From contig CP075492.1 of NCBI GenBank assembly GCA_021613535.1, forward strand, positions 3,782,001 through 3,846,000: 64,000 bases of DNA. The letters are read 5' to 3'. The position numbers and the translations under genes were made by a program. The notes beneath the pieces are model-generated. The model did no database searches and had not been told where the DNA came from. It saw only the letters and a program-made list of their open reading frames with translations. Origin of the DNA: Adineta vaga. Its lineage: Eukaryota > Animalia > Rotifera. Of the stretch, positions 13,464-27,251 are shown piece by piece; the stretch's first letter is position 1, and every line of letters begins with the position of its first letter.

Positions 13464-14531
13464 ATGTCGACTGACGTAAATTTAATTTCCTCTTTAAAAT
13501 ATCTTACAATACAAATCAATCGACATGGAGCTTTAATTATGATTTTATTTGGTACTATTGGAAATCTTCTCAATCTATTCGTTTTAAATGATCGATCATT
13601 TCGTGAAAGTCCTTGTACAACTTATCTTCGATGGTCATCAATTACAAGTATTCTGTTCATTTGGTCAGGATTATTAACTCGAGTGCTCGAAGGGTTAGAT
13701 TAAATTTTATCATGGAATATTCAAGTCTTACTTTTCTTTCTTTTTTTCTTCTTAGTTATGGAATCAATTGGCCGAATCAGTATCCTCCTCTATGTAAAAT
13801 TCGTCTATTTATCTTAATGATCTGTTGGTCAGTAGCAACATGGGCTTTCGTAGGAGCTACTATGGATCGTTATTTATGTAGTAATTCATCTGTTATTCGT
13901 CGTCTGAAAAGTACAAATCGAACAGCAAAACGATTTTTATTATTGTTTTTAATTATATCAATTTTTTTATTTGTACAAATTTTCTATTGTTATAAAGCAA
14001 GTGTGCCCAATGTTCCCGTTGCGTGTTATACTGAAACATTAGCATGTCAAATGTATAATGATTGGACAAATATTTTATATAATATTCTTATTCCAAGTAT
14101 ATTCATGGCAATATTTGGTATATTAACAATTATCAATGTTCGAAAACGAATCATTCATCCGACACAAAATCGAAATACAAATGTACAACCACGTTTGAAG
14201 AAAATCGATCGAAATCTTCGAAAAATATTATTTGTTCAAGTAAATATTCAGAAAATGATTTGTTTGCTTGTCTGAAATGATAATGTATTGTTTATAGATT
14301 TTAGTTTTACTAGTATTGAATTTACCGATTGGACTTCAACGTTTTTATGCAAATGTAACATCCTATGTGGAAAAAAGTACTCTTCGAGTTGCAATTGAAA
14401 ATTTTATTTATTCAATTATTGTTCTCATTCGTTTTATTGCTTATTCAATTTCATTCTATTTATATTTTCTAACTGGTTCAATGTATCGTGAAACATTCAA
14501 ACGAAAAATTCGTCAACTAAGAATATCATAA
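13464..14531 (+). CDS. Rhodopsin-like orphan GPCR, three exons
   Basis: GTIGNLLN, TMDRY; introns at about 13693-13755 and 14239-14297. Confidence 0.85.
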
Positions 14532-14983
14532 TAAATATGAAGTATATTAATAAAAAAAAATTTCTTTTGCTTTTTTTTATATTAGTGAATAAATGAAACG
14601 TTTGAGGAGTTTCATATTGCATAGATATGTTGGAGAGCAATACTTTTGACAGACTTGAAGCAAGAGAAGTCATTTCTTCAACATACTGATACGGAAGATG
14701 TTTGAAATAGGTTTTTCTTGAGGGTTATATTTACTCTTAGCAATTGCATTTCATTTTAAGCATTAAGTTATGTCTTAAATAATTAAACCTGTCAATTATT
14801 TTCGTTATTTTCTGCGCAATTGGCTCGTATAATATGGTATACAGGAAGTTATTTTTGTTGAGATTCTTCTAGAATGAATAGAAAGTAATTAAATATATAT
14901 TTTCGTTTTCTAATTGCATCGTCAATGATAAAGAATAATTTGTTAGAAAATATGAAATTAAAAGTTAAGAATAAAATCTGTCA

Positions 14984-15299
14984 GTCTTATCGGATCAACA
15001 GCTTCATGTACAACCACCGTATATTTCGCATCAGGTCAGTAAAATAAATTGCTTGATAAAACGTTAAGTTGTTTCGAGAATCATTGTTTTGTTTAGGATG
15101 GATCACTACAGAAAACACGAGTATTATTGCACGAAGCTATCACACAGCATCTGTATTAGGAAATGGCCAAGTACTGGTTGCCGGCGGGTCTAATGGTATT
15201 ATTCGTTTCAACATTACAAAATTGTTTGATCCATCGTCAGGTATTTGGATGAATACAGAAAATATGAACAGTGCACAAGAACGACATACAGTATTATAG
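14984..15299 (+). pseudogene. Truncated partial duplicate of the kelch gene
   Basis: Intron and first 1.3 kelch repeats closely match 16311-16580, then stop; no signal-peptide exon. Confidence 0.7.
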
Positions 15300-15732
15300 T
15301 CTTAAAAGAAATTATCATTTATTCAATAAAAAGAAAACATTACATTCATACTAGGATAAAATAAATCTCAATGCTAAATCATAGCGATAATGATTAAAAT
15401 ATAAACATTGAAACGAAAATATCACAATCAATCCAAGGACTGAAAGTCAATTTCGTAGCGTAATGTAAAAAAGGTTCTTTTTCCCAATAAATATTTCTCA
15501 AAAGCTAAAGAAGAACGTTCTCTTCGTCTTTTCTTTTCATTAAATAAACATTCTATAAGCAAGCTAATTACAAAAAAAACTTAGATGATGTTCATTTTCT
15601 AAATGCGCAAAAAAGAGAAAATCATACATCTGTTTTGCATTTGCTATCGTCAGACAAGAATATTTTCAGTGATGCAAAAGAAAACTAAGGAATAAGAAAA
15701 GTCATTTCTTAAAACATATCAACACTATCGAC

Positions 15733-17387
15733 ATGTTTGCCATAGTTATTCTTTTAATCATATTTTCTTTGAGCAATTGTATTTCTCTCAATAAAATCGA
15801 AAATGCAACATTGATTGGTAATGGTTCTCTAACATTATTGAATCAAACACGAGAACAATGTATTTGTTTATTATTGAACTCTAATCAATCCATTTCAGCA
15901 GTAAATTATTTGACAAATAATCAAACATGTCAATTATTCTCGTCATATACTACTCAAATTAATATTAAACTAAATGCGAACTCATTGATAATATGTACAA
16001 ATCAATCAGTCATAGTAACTATGTTTCGTAAGTTTATCATTCAACAAAGACCTGATCCATTCAATCCATCATAAACTATATTTTGATAACGACCTAATTT
16101 TTTTCACAGCCGATCATATAATATAATATCCAAAAAATCATTTTGTTAAGAGTTTTCCACAATAAGTAAAATATAAAACTATGTATACACTTAATTAAAG
16201 GTAAGTATGTATATGTTTTCATTTTCTAATTTATTGAGAATATAAAGTTAACAACTGAAGAATAAGATGTGTGATATTTATTTAAAGTCTATTCTTTTTT
16301 TAATATACAAGTTAGTAAAATAAATTGCTTGATAAATGTGAAGTTGTTTCGAAAACAATCTTCTTTCTTACTTTGTTTTTCTTTTCTAGGATGGATAACT
16401 ACAGAAAACATGAATACTGCGCGAGGCTATCACACAGCAGCTGTATTGGGAAATGGTAAAGTATTGGTTGCTGGTGGATCTAATGGTAGTTCTCGCTTAA
16501 ACACTGCAGAATTGTTCGATCCATCGTCAGGTATTTGGATGAATACAGGAAATATGAATACTGCACGAGAACGACATACAGCATCTGTATTAACGAATGG
16601 AAAAGTATTAGTTGCTGGTGGATATAATGGTAATGCATATTGGAATAGTGCAGAATTGTATGATGCAACGACGGGTATTTGGAGAATCACCGGTAGTATG
16701 AATGTAACACGTTGTTATCATACAGCGTCGATTTTATCGAATGGAAACGTGTTGGTTGCTGGTGGATATAACGGTTATCTCACTCATAAAACTTCTGAAT
16801 TATTTAATTCGTTAACAGGTCGTTGGACTACTACAGGAAACACGAATGTTCCCCGTCGATATCATACAGCTTCCGTTTTGACAAATGGAAAAGTATTAGT
16901 TACTGGTGGACGTAATGATAGCGATTACACTAAAACTACGGAATTATACGATCCTACAACAAGTGTTTGGACAGCAACATCAGACATGTACATCACACGA
17001 GGCTTTCATACAGCATCTGTATTATCGAATGGAAACGTATTAGTTGCTGGTGGATATAATACTAATGCATATTGGAATAGTGCAGAATTGTATGATCCAT
17101 CAACAAATATTTGGACAACAACAGGAAGCATGAATATTGGACGATATTATCATACAGCAACAGTCTTGTTAAATGGAAAAGTGTTAGTTGCCGGTGGAAG
17201 CAACGGTTCGATCTATTTGAATAATGCAGAGTTATATGATCCGAAAACTGCTACATGGACAATCGTAGAAAGTATGAACTTCGTACGACAAACTCATACT
17301 ATGTCCATGTTAACAAACGGAGCTGTATTAGTTGCAGGTGGACGTGGTGATAGTACAAATTATCTTAATAGTGCTGAACTCTATTGA
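15733..17387 (+). CDS. Secreted kelch-repeat (7-blade) protein with N-terminal apple/PAN-like region
   Basis: Signal peptide MFAIVILLIIFSLSNC; seven R..HTAxVLxNGKVLVAGG...AELYDP repeats; exon 1 donor at 16028 joins the 16390 exon in frame. Confidence 0.85.
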
Positions 17388-17747
17388 TTGAAACTGAATA
17401 ATCAGTATTCATGATATTTTCATCACTGGCTTTACGATAAAAGCTTTTAACAAACTATTATTGATCAAATAAAGGACACGTCACATACATACTAAAATAA
17501 AAAATCTAAATTTAAATTCATAATACTAATGATTGAAATATCTTGTTGCGGTTTTTTTTATATTTGAAAGAAACGTGACGTTCTAGTATATAACTTACCC
17601 ATGCAGTATAATACTTGCGAGACAAAGCATAGAGTGGTTTTCTACGTGGTTTTGTTCGAGTAAGCATATTTGTCAATAAAACGTATCTAAAATTGGAATT
17701 TTCCATCGGTTGTCATTTACATGATTTTCTAACCAGTAAAACTCAAG

Positions 17748-18336
17748 ATGAGTTTATTTAAAAGTAACAGCGAAATGAATTCATCCACGTTGATAACATC
17801 AAACAATACAAATATAAATCGACGACGATATTCTGTTTTTGAATGGATTCAATTAATTGCAACAATATTCATTCCAGTTATAATAGGTGTTTATACAATT
17901 ATTGATAATAATAATAATACATCAATTACTATGAGTAATCGTATGAGAGATATTAAAATAGCCAATATATCTCGAACATCCGCGTATGAAATTGCTGAAG
18001 CTAATCGATTAATGGAAATCCATATTGCTGAACAAAGTCGACAAAAAGATCGTGATCTCTCGATTGATCAACAACATCAAATTATTCTTACCAATGCGTC
18101 ATTTTGACATACAATCCTAGATTGTGTTACATTTCATAAAGCTTATATGGATTTCGGTGATTTTATTGTTGAGAATGTGCTTTTTCAAGGTCGATTTTAT
18201 ATCGAGTTAATTTAAGTTTTTCAAGAATTCATCGTTGCGATATTCAAATTTGTTCAATTCTCATATACATATCGATCAATTAAATGAAGTTGTTGATCTT
18301 TTTGGATCGATATTACCAAATGGAACTCGTAGTTAG
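17748..18336 (+). pseudogene. Decayed TM plus pentapeptide-repeat gene
   Basis: N-terminal WIQLIATIFIPVIIGVYT TM and coiled coil, followed by frameshifted remnants ending in GSILPNGT. Confidence 0.5.
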
Positions 18337-18945
18337 ACAAAATAATATTGTGCTGCTTTTAAAAATTAATTGACTCTAACAATACGCCAAGCATTTATAC
18401 TGTGCTACTTTTGCTTTTACTGTCGTTGAATATTGAGTAGATGATGAATAAATATAAGATGGTGGTAGATTTCCATTGAAATAAAAGAAAGTTCAACAGA
18501 ACAATAAGAAATGAGATTTTCATACAATATATTTTCTGGCGTAAATAGAGAAATAATTGATTGTTTCACGATTTTTCTTGATAGTGTAATCTTCTTCAAA
18601 TAGTTGTCGTCGTTTCATTATAGATGAAAATATATCTCTCATACGACCGACTATCATCTTTTTTAAGAGAAACTTACAGTTATAGTATAACATATATGTT
18701 GACAAAAAATCAACTATTGCAGAAAAATAAAGAATGAAAGATATAATTTATCGAAATCTATTCTTCTTATATGACTAGTATATAATATTACCTGTAACAG
18801 AGAACTAGAAAAACATACAACAAAACGAAAAAATGATGCATGTCTACAAAGTATTATTACAAGTTAATAGAGATATTAAAAAGATAATTTGAACTAGCCA
18901 TGTAGATTTTCACAGTTGATAACAACCTATTTTTTTCTTCGAAAT

Positions 18946-19530
18946 TTAATAATCAGCTGATTTATTATCTATTTCAATAGTTGCTTCAATTTCGACTGTA
19001 GTAGATAACTGTTCACTATCACAGGAACTTTCTGATGAAGAATTTTCTTGAGCGACATCTGTCGTATTCTTCTGTAAACTGGATGTACACCTTTCTTCCG
19101 GTGTTCCAAGAGTGAAATTCGGTTCGACTGTTGATGCACAATCACCGAATGATTCAGTAGTCTCAAACCAATCTCCACAAGGAATCCACATTCCAAGTTC
19201 CTGTTCTCTACAGATATATAGTTTCAGAATACCTTGACTACTCATTCTTGTTATTGATGTTGCATTCCATTCTGCACCTTCAGTTGAAGAATAATCAATT
19301 TCTGGAAAATACGCAGGAAGAACTGATATTGTTTGATTAACTAGTGCTTGATTAGAAAATGGTTCGAACACACGCATTTGTATGTTAGCAGTATCATCAC
19401 CGTAAATACTGTCAACTGTTACTACAGGGTTGGCGTCGTTCATTGTAGTAGAGAACACTAGAAGTTTTGATCAGATCTGTGATTTTATCGAAAACATAGT
19501 GGTGATTTTACCATTCCTGTCTTTAAACAT
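18946..19530 (-). CDS. Hypothetical protein with acidic Ser/Thr-rich C-terminus
   Basis: 170-aa open frame with coding-like composition; possible short first exon MFKDRN joined via a GT-AG intron. Confidence 0.4.
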
Positions 19531-20869
19531 ACTATTTTAATAGTATATTTACTAATGTTGTTTTTACACATCATAGCATTGAATAGTAACAGAAACATCC
19601 AGGGATTATCTATAGCCTTAGGTTTTCCATAAATAGAACAACTAATGTTCTGAAAGTTGGAATTGATTCCCGATAACAAAAACACTTTTGTCTCAAAAAT
19701 GGGAAAACAAATCTAAGTAATGCTGATGATGTAAAACGATCGTTAAAAGAATGTGTTACAAGAAAACCTTGTTTTATATGAAGTAGAGAGCATATAGATA
19801 AAGAATGATAATCTCATTTGATCCATGAATTTATGCCATTCCAAAAAGCTTTGCAAAATAATTTTCTATTGTATAGTTTTCATTTTGAATAATATTTAAC
19901 TGTATACGAATTATAACAAGCATAACGATCGACTTTTCTTATACATCGAATCTGCTTATTATTGTAGATTTTTTTTAAATTCGAATATCTATCAAATTCT
20001 TCAATACAACATCTAATTTGACGAACATTGGTACAATTGTTGTTATAAAGATAGAAATAAAATCTAAAGATCTTGACACCATTTCTAAGTGAGAGAAAGA
20101 ATATGTCGTTCGAGTGCAAATCTTCGAATTGGTAATAGTAAATAGTGATTCGAATTCTTCGATGACGTCATGCGATATGTATATATCTTCTTGCGTTCTA
20201 GAAATGTACTTAAACATAGTGTTTTTCTCCATCTCTTTTTCGTTCTTTTCTGCCGTCAATATATTGTTTTTCTCTTATATTTGACTGAATGTAAAAGATA
20301 AATCGTTCGTGTTGATATTCTTTATATTAACAAATCTGTTTTTTTTTCTAATAATTAATAATTAATATTCGAATGTTGAACGAAAAGAAAAGAATAGCTG
20401 CAGAAATTCTTTATCAAACAATATTTTCTCAAATAGAATAGCAATATATTTGTCAAGTGTTCAGTTCAAATTAATCCATTTTAACAGTGAATTCTTTTCA
20501 TCAACTGTTACTTGTATTGATCTTGAATTGAGTGTCAATTCTCTTGTAGTATTTACAAATCAATTAACAATAGGAGACATATTCAGTAAGTTTACAAAAA
20601 AATCATCTTCTTTTAGGATTGAAATATACGAAACAAACAGATCGAAAGTTATAGTGGCTTAGAAAGAATTGAAACAGAATAAAAGATATTACGGTGAATC
20701 TATTGTTCAAAACCAGGAATAAAAGATTGATTTATTTTTTAATTATATAGAAACAACAAATGCAATATCAACTACCACAACGGTTTTATTACATGAGTAA
20801 TAAATTTGATAATCTATAATATACTAAAAAAGAAGAAATTCTTGTTCTGATGTCAATAATTTGTTTAAA

Positions 20870-21021
20870 ATGGATGACAAATGAGAAACATGAATACTGC
20901 GCGATATTTTCATACAGCATCTGTACTAACAAACGGGAAAATATTAGTTGCAGATGGATATTCCAATGGCATTCTCATCAGTAGTGTATAATTATATGAT
21001 CCATTAACAGGCATTTGGACA
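20870..21021 (+). pseudogene. Single kelch-repeat remnant
   Basis: NMNTARYFHTASVLTNGKILVADG...LYDPLTGIW, isolated with no start. Confidence 0.65.
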
Positions 21022-22437
21022 CGATCTTGATTGCAATTGCGTGTACTAGTGGATCGTAAAGCTTGTTGAGCTTCGTTTACATACAGTTGCGTTTAACGAC
21101 CTCTTTGTATTTCAATGAGACTCGAATATATCAAGAATCGTTTCCATATGACATTATTTTTTTCAATTGCGTCTCTGTGCATTTTTCCTCTAGAGAACAT
21201 TTGTAATCTATCGTGTAAACGAGCTCAGATCGTATTTTTGTATATTGAAAGATGTATAAATACAAAATATCTTATGTAGAATACGGTACTACTAGTAAAA
21301 ATCTTTGCTAAAGTATCCATTTATTTTTGCAAATGAAACACTTCGAAGTAAGCTAAAACTCGTTCGATACATATGTATAAATCATTCGAAAATCATTTAA
21401 TATTTCAATACGAAGAATTTCACAAGCATAATTCGTAATGAGGTTTTAGAAAAATATTTTTTAACATTTATTATAGAGAATAGAAGATAAGAAGACATTT
21501 TATTTGGAACTATTAAGCTTATTCGGAAAGTTAAGAAAAGATATTGAATATGTTTTGATAGTCAAACGTGAAAATCATTTTCGTTGATGTATCTAACTTC
21601 GAAAATCAATATTCAACTAGAAACCTATTTGAATAAGAATATGTTTCGAGCTATTATTTATTACTCAGTGATATAAGAAGGTAAGGTATACGTGAGAAAA
21701 TAACACTCACCCTTACCCACACCCTCAAGATATGGTCAACACTGAAAAATTCTAACCAAAATGCATTGATTTCTGTATCGAAAATATAGGACGACTACGA
21801 AGTCTAATGTAGAGTAAATAGGAAAGATACCGAGTTGTTTCGGATTTCAGGATCCATTTTTACGCCCTGGAAATACCGATCTTTCAAAAATTTTCCAATA
21901 TATTCAATGATGATAAACAACAATAAATCATTAAATAATAAAAAAGTTAAAATAAATATTTTTTTATTTATTTATTTTTTTTGTATTCTAAATAATAAAT
22001 ATGATAAGATTGTATCTATTGATTCAAATTTATTTTCTATCAAATTCAGTTTAGGCACATTGACAAAATATAATTATATTCTTTACTTTTTCATTTTTAA
22101 ATACTTTTATGCATAAAGTCGGTCGATTTTCTTTCTCATATAATAAATAAGAGATCATTCAGAACATATGAATTGTTTGATAAGAAAGATTTTTTCACAA
22201 ATGAAAGAAACACAACTTTTAAAGCATTAATCAGTACTTATTAGCACACAAGACAATTACATTGTATTCATGCAATATGTTTTACATCTATTTTATTTAT
22301 TTTATTTCGAAGAAGGACAAATATATTAAGTTATATTACCATTTAAAAAAGAAAAATAATGCTATAATAAATAAACTGTTCCTTCTTCAAGCTATAAAAT
22401 CATAATTTTCAGAAAAGATTTCACTAAATTATCCATT

Positions 22438-25400
22438 TTAACATGGTCCATTCGCCTTCGACACGTTATCATTACAACCGACACAGACATAATCAGAATA
22501 ACCATTACCAATAGCAAAACATATTCCACCATGACCGGTAGAATTGCAATCAACAGGTGCTGAACAAGGAGTCGCTATGAAAACGAAAAATATAAATTAT
22601 ATACTTTCGTATCTAAAATGTCTAACTAACCAGGACATGGAGCGTTCAACATCATCGAAATATAATTGCAACTAATACATTTGTAACTTGTGCTACCATC
22701 ACCTAATCCAACACAAGTTCCACCACCACTCATTGAATCACAGTTGACCGATCCGCACGGAGTACCTATCATAGAAATATAAAAACTCTTATTATCCCAG
22801 TACATAATCATCTATTACCTGGACAAGGTTGATTGCTGGCAACGGGACCATAGTTACATGAACTACATTGATAGTTTGCATTTCCTCCACCAAGAGCAGA
22901 ACAAGTTCCGGTTCCACCGAGACTAGTACAAACATTTGCTACCGAACATGGACTCGCTAATAAGCAGAGAAACACAAGTATATTTTTCATTGAATCATCT
23001 ATAGACATTTACCTGGACAGTTTCCATTTGTTACATCACCTCCATACAAACAACTTGTACATTTATATTGTGTACTACCTCCACCAACTGGCACGCAACT
23101 ACCACCACCACCGGCTGAATTACAGTTGATTGGAGCATTACAAGGATTTGCTACAAATCGAACAAGAACAAATCATAATGTTATTTTTTTACCTAGTAGA
23201 ATATATACCTGCACATGGACCGTTGCTCACACTCGGACCGTAACTACAACTGCTGCAGACATAATCAGAAGTTCCACCACCATTTGGAGTACATGTACCA
23301 CCACCACTATTGGTATTACAGCTAACTAGTGAGCATGGACTCACTGAAAATTCAAATTCACTCAATCATGCTAATTGAACTAGGAAAATGGTGCTTTACC
23401 TGGGCATACTGCATTTGTTCCTACACTTCCATACTTGCAACTGGAACATTGATAAGTTGTAGTTCCATCCGCCGCCGCTGTACAAACGCCAGTGCCATCA
23501 TTCGTAGCACAGTTGACAAATGCACATGGGTTCACTGAATATGAGAGTGGAATATAGGAAAGAAAGGTTGAAAGTCTAGTGAATTTGCATACTTGGACAA
23601 ATTGTGTTAATTGCTACGATTCCATAGGTACAACTGGAACACTGATAATTTGCAGTGCCGTCTGCGGCAGCAGCACAGGTACCACTCCCACCATTCACAA
23701 TACAGTTGACCGTTAAACAAGGATCAGCTGAATAGAAAAATGAAATAAATATAAGTTGGAAATCGGGTAAATAGCAAGGATTTCTCGATTGTACGGTTCT
23801 AAGAGACTGTTCTTTTTCGTTAGAGCACTTGAAAAAGCGACGGGACTATTAGGAAATCAGACGTTCCCTAGCTTCACAATCTGGCTTTTCGAGTAATGCT
23901 ACTTCTCCAATGGAATCATATTAGAGTCGCCGTTGTAGATAAAAACTTGTACAAAGTTTGAAAACAGATTTTCTTATTGGGCATGCTCCTCTATAATTAT
24001 TTCGCACTTACATGATATTTAAGTGCTCAGTGAATTCTCTAATACAAAAGCCTTTTTTGTTGCGAAGAAATACTATGCTATCGAACAGATGAGTCTACGT
24101 CTTCCTTTTCGCGCTAATCGCTGCAATCGTCGATTAAATGCACAAGACTGTGTAATATAAAGCGAACTGAATAACACCGAATAAAATTTCATATTAGATA
24201 CACCGAAATCAATGGCGTTCCTAATCCTTCGCTTTTCGAATCATATTTTGTTGCTTGTTACACAAACGTTCTTGGTCTTCAAAAAGACCAATATGAAAGA
24301 GCAAACCAGTATATACCACAGAACAGATTGACATATATCTTTCTTCATAATGCTCAGTCACATCCTGACACGAATTCTGAACGAAAGTGTCATCAAGCTC
24401 ACTCTGTCATCACGATTATACGAAACTTAAGCGGCGTCAACATACTTCTCGCGAGTTCTTGAGAATCCTTACAAATCTGAAAATCGAAGACGATCGAACA
24501 CATTTCACTGTCGCTCTTCCCTTATGAGTACAGTTTCAATTACCTGGGCACACTGTTTTTATTCCAACACTTCCATACTTGCAACTACTACACTGATAAT
24601 CGGCAGTTCCATCCGCCGCAGCTGCACAAACACCAGTAACATCATTGACACCGCAGTTAACTGATGTACATGGATTTCCTGAACACAAAACGGAAGACAG
24701 CTATATGCGGGTACAATTTAAACGAACTATATACCTGGACAAGGTTGACTGCTGGCAGCCGGACCATAGTTACATGAATTACATTGATAGTTTGCATTTC
24801 CCCCACCAGAAGCAGAACAAGTTCCGGTTCCACCGAGACTAGTACAAACATTTGCTACCGAACATGGACTCGCTGATAACAAGATAAACAGACCTATATG
24901 TCTCATAGGATTATCTATAGTTAGTTACCTGGACAGTTTCCATTTGTTACATCACCTCCATACAAACAACTTGTACATTTATATTGTGTGCTTCCACTTC
25001 CAACTGGCACACAACTACCACCACCACCAGCTGAATTACAGTTGATTGGAGCATTACAAGGATTTGCTACAAATCGAACGAGAACAAATCAAAAATTTTT
25101 TTTTTATCAAGTAGAATATATACCTGGGCATACACCGTTGCTCACACTCGGACCGTAACTACAACTGCTGCAGACATAATCAGAAGTTCCACCACCATTT
25201 GGAGTACATGTACCACCACCACTATTGGTATTACAGCTAACTAGTGAGCATGGACTCACTGGAAATTCAAATTCACTCAGTCATGCTAATTAAACTAGGA
25301 AAATGGTGCTTTACCTGGGCATACTGCATTTGTTCCTACACTTCCATACTTGCAACTGGAACATTGATAAGTTGTAGTTCCATCTGCCGCCGCTGTACAA

Positions 25401-27251
25401 ACGCCAGTGCCATCATTCGTAGCACAGTTGACAAATGTACACGGGTTCACTAAATATGAGAGTGGAATATAGGAAAGAAAGGTTGAAAGTCTAGTGAATT
25501 TCCTACTTGGACAAATTGTATTGATTGCTACGATTCCATAGGTACAACTGGAACATTGATAATTTGCAGTGCCGTCTGCAGCAGCAGTACAGGTACCACT
25601 CCCACCATTCACAATACAGTTAACCGTTGAACAAGGATTTCCTAAAGACGTAATCGATATAAATCATGTTTTCCAAAAATGAAATAAATCATTTACCTCG
25701 ACATACTGTGTTTTTTGCTACACTACCGTACTTGCAACTACTACACTGATAATCGGCAGTTCCATCCGCCGCAGCTGCACAAACACCAGTAACATCATTG
25801 ACACCGCAGTTAACTGATGTACATGGATTATTATTATTTGTAATCATACCATAATTAATACTTGCTCGATCAATACTAAGTACTCCTATATTATAACCAA
25901 GATAAGCATCAAACTAAAATAGAATTCTTGTAGAACGAAAAAGACAAGATTAAGAATAAAAACAAAATACTTGTAGACTTAATAAATTAAAATGGCTTGT
26001 ATTTAAATGATCAGTATTTTATTGTGAATGATCAGTATTTTTTTCATCAAATGATCAGTATTTTTTTCATCAAATGATCAGTATTTTTTGATCAGTAAAA
26101 ATATGTTTTTTGATCAGTATATAATTCGAAATACCAGTAAACATATCAAAATATGATCAGTATATTATTTAATTCTGATCAGTAGATATATATTTTTCGA
26201 TCGGCAATTTAATCATTTGATCAGTAATTTATTCATTTGATCAGTAATCTATTCATTTGATCAGTAAAATAATTAAGATATCAGTATAAAATCTTCTTTG
26301 TTCGGTAAATTATAGTATTTTTACCAGTATTCGTCTTTCTATAACATCCCTCGATCCTCGCATACATCTTGAGGATGTGTAGGTGTTGGTGTGGGCAAGA
26401 GTGAGATTATTGTATCAATTAATTACTGACACCCTCAACCTCGCCTTCACTGATCCACACCTACACACACATCCATCCCTCACCCTCATCCCCGCACCCT
26501 CACCCACACCCACCCTCACACCCTCACCCTCACAGATGTAATATCTGGCAAGTAGGTGAACGTATATGTAATACTCGAGGGATGCTATAGAAAGACGAAT
26601 ACTGGTAAAAATACCATTATTTACTGAACAAACCAAATTTTATACTGATATTTTAATTATTATACTGATCAAGTGAATAAAGTACTGGTCAGATGAATAA
26701 GTTACTGATCAAATGAATAAGCTACTGATCAAATTATTAAATTACTGATCAAACGAATAAGATACTGATCATTTGCATTTAATACTGATCAAATTTTACT
26801 GATCATTCATAATAAAATACTGATCATTTAATTTGTAGCCAATTAAAATCAATTAATTGAATTATTGTTGGATCATTATTTATTTTAATAGCAAATGATG
26901 TATTAAAGAAACGAACTAAAATAAAAACAAAAAATGAATTCTTTTTTTTGTAATTTAAATTCAATTAAACAATTTCATACCATTCTTATTTATTCCATTA
27001 TTAATATTATCACCTTTTGTCGGTAAATATAATGGAACTAATGATAGTGTCACAATTGAACAAATTATAAATAAAATCAGTCCACAACTACAACAACATA
27101 TAAATGGCATTCCAAACATTAATCGTCTAAATAGAAACAAAAAATACTTCAGATTGTTTTTATTTTATTCCTACCGATTCTTTTTTCTTTCAGAATTATC
27201 ATCATTGGTTTTACCACGAATATAATTGAGAAATCTCTCAATAAATGACAT
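22438..27251 (-). CDS. Type II membrane protein with 14 six-Cys repeats (one per exon), interrupted by a Foldback element in exon 3
   Basis: N-terminus MSFIERF..CCCSCGLILFIICSIVTLSLVPLYL; repeats of the form PC..C..G.C..G..Y.C..C.Y..CP on phase-1 exons. Removing the element plus one TSD restores IDFNLLSLQ in frame. Confidence 0.8.
22819..25830 (-). repeat. Tandem duplication of a six-exon block (A-F) including introns
   Basis: 24736-25830 and 22819-24679 match exon by exon with near-identical introns, except the enlarged A2-B2 intron. Confidence 0.9.
25994..26840. mobile_element. Non-autonomous Foldback/MULE-like DNA transposon (847 bp)
   Basis: 9-bp TSD AATTAAAAT (25985-25993, 26841-26849); GGC...GCC termini; long TIRs (about 25994-26354 and 26575-26840) built of TGATCAGTA subrepeats. 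Confidence 0.9.
26363..26540. repeat. Hairpin element with (CACCCT/CACCCA)n telomere-like hexamers, nested in the Foldback core
   Basis: Ends TACATCTTGAGG...CCCTCACAGATGTA; related copies at 186-230, 21701-21733 and 39245-39306. Confidence 0.65.

Noticed and set aside
19880-20662. ORFs at 19.9-20.7 kb and other short AT-rich or antisense ORFs in the track
   Set aside because: No motifs or consistent splice model; most are shadows of real exons or chance frames.
21067-21227. Short inverted repeats (also near 2594-2797, 21821-21885 and 39468-39516)
   Set aside because: Possibly old MITE remnants, but termini and TSDs cannot be defined.
24350-24415. Intronic C/D-box snoRNA (TGATGA...CTGA on the minus strand)
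   Set aside because: The terminal stem is only about 2 bp and there is no recognisable rRNA antisense element.
26415-26636. GEGV-repeat ORF
   Set aside because: It is a translation of telomere-like hexamers inside the transposon.
25994-26840. CRISPR-like array of TGATCAGTA repeats
   Set aside because: Units are 9 bp with ~11-bp similar spacers, inverted between the arms and bounded by a TSD, in a eukaryotic context with no cas genes. These are TIR subrepeats.
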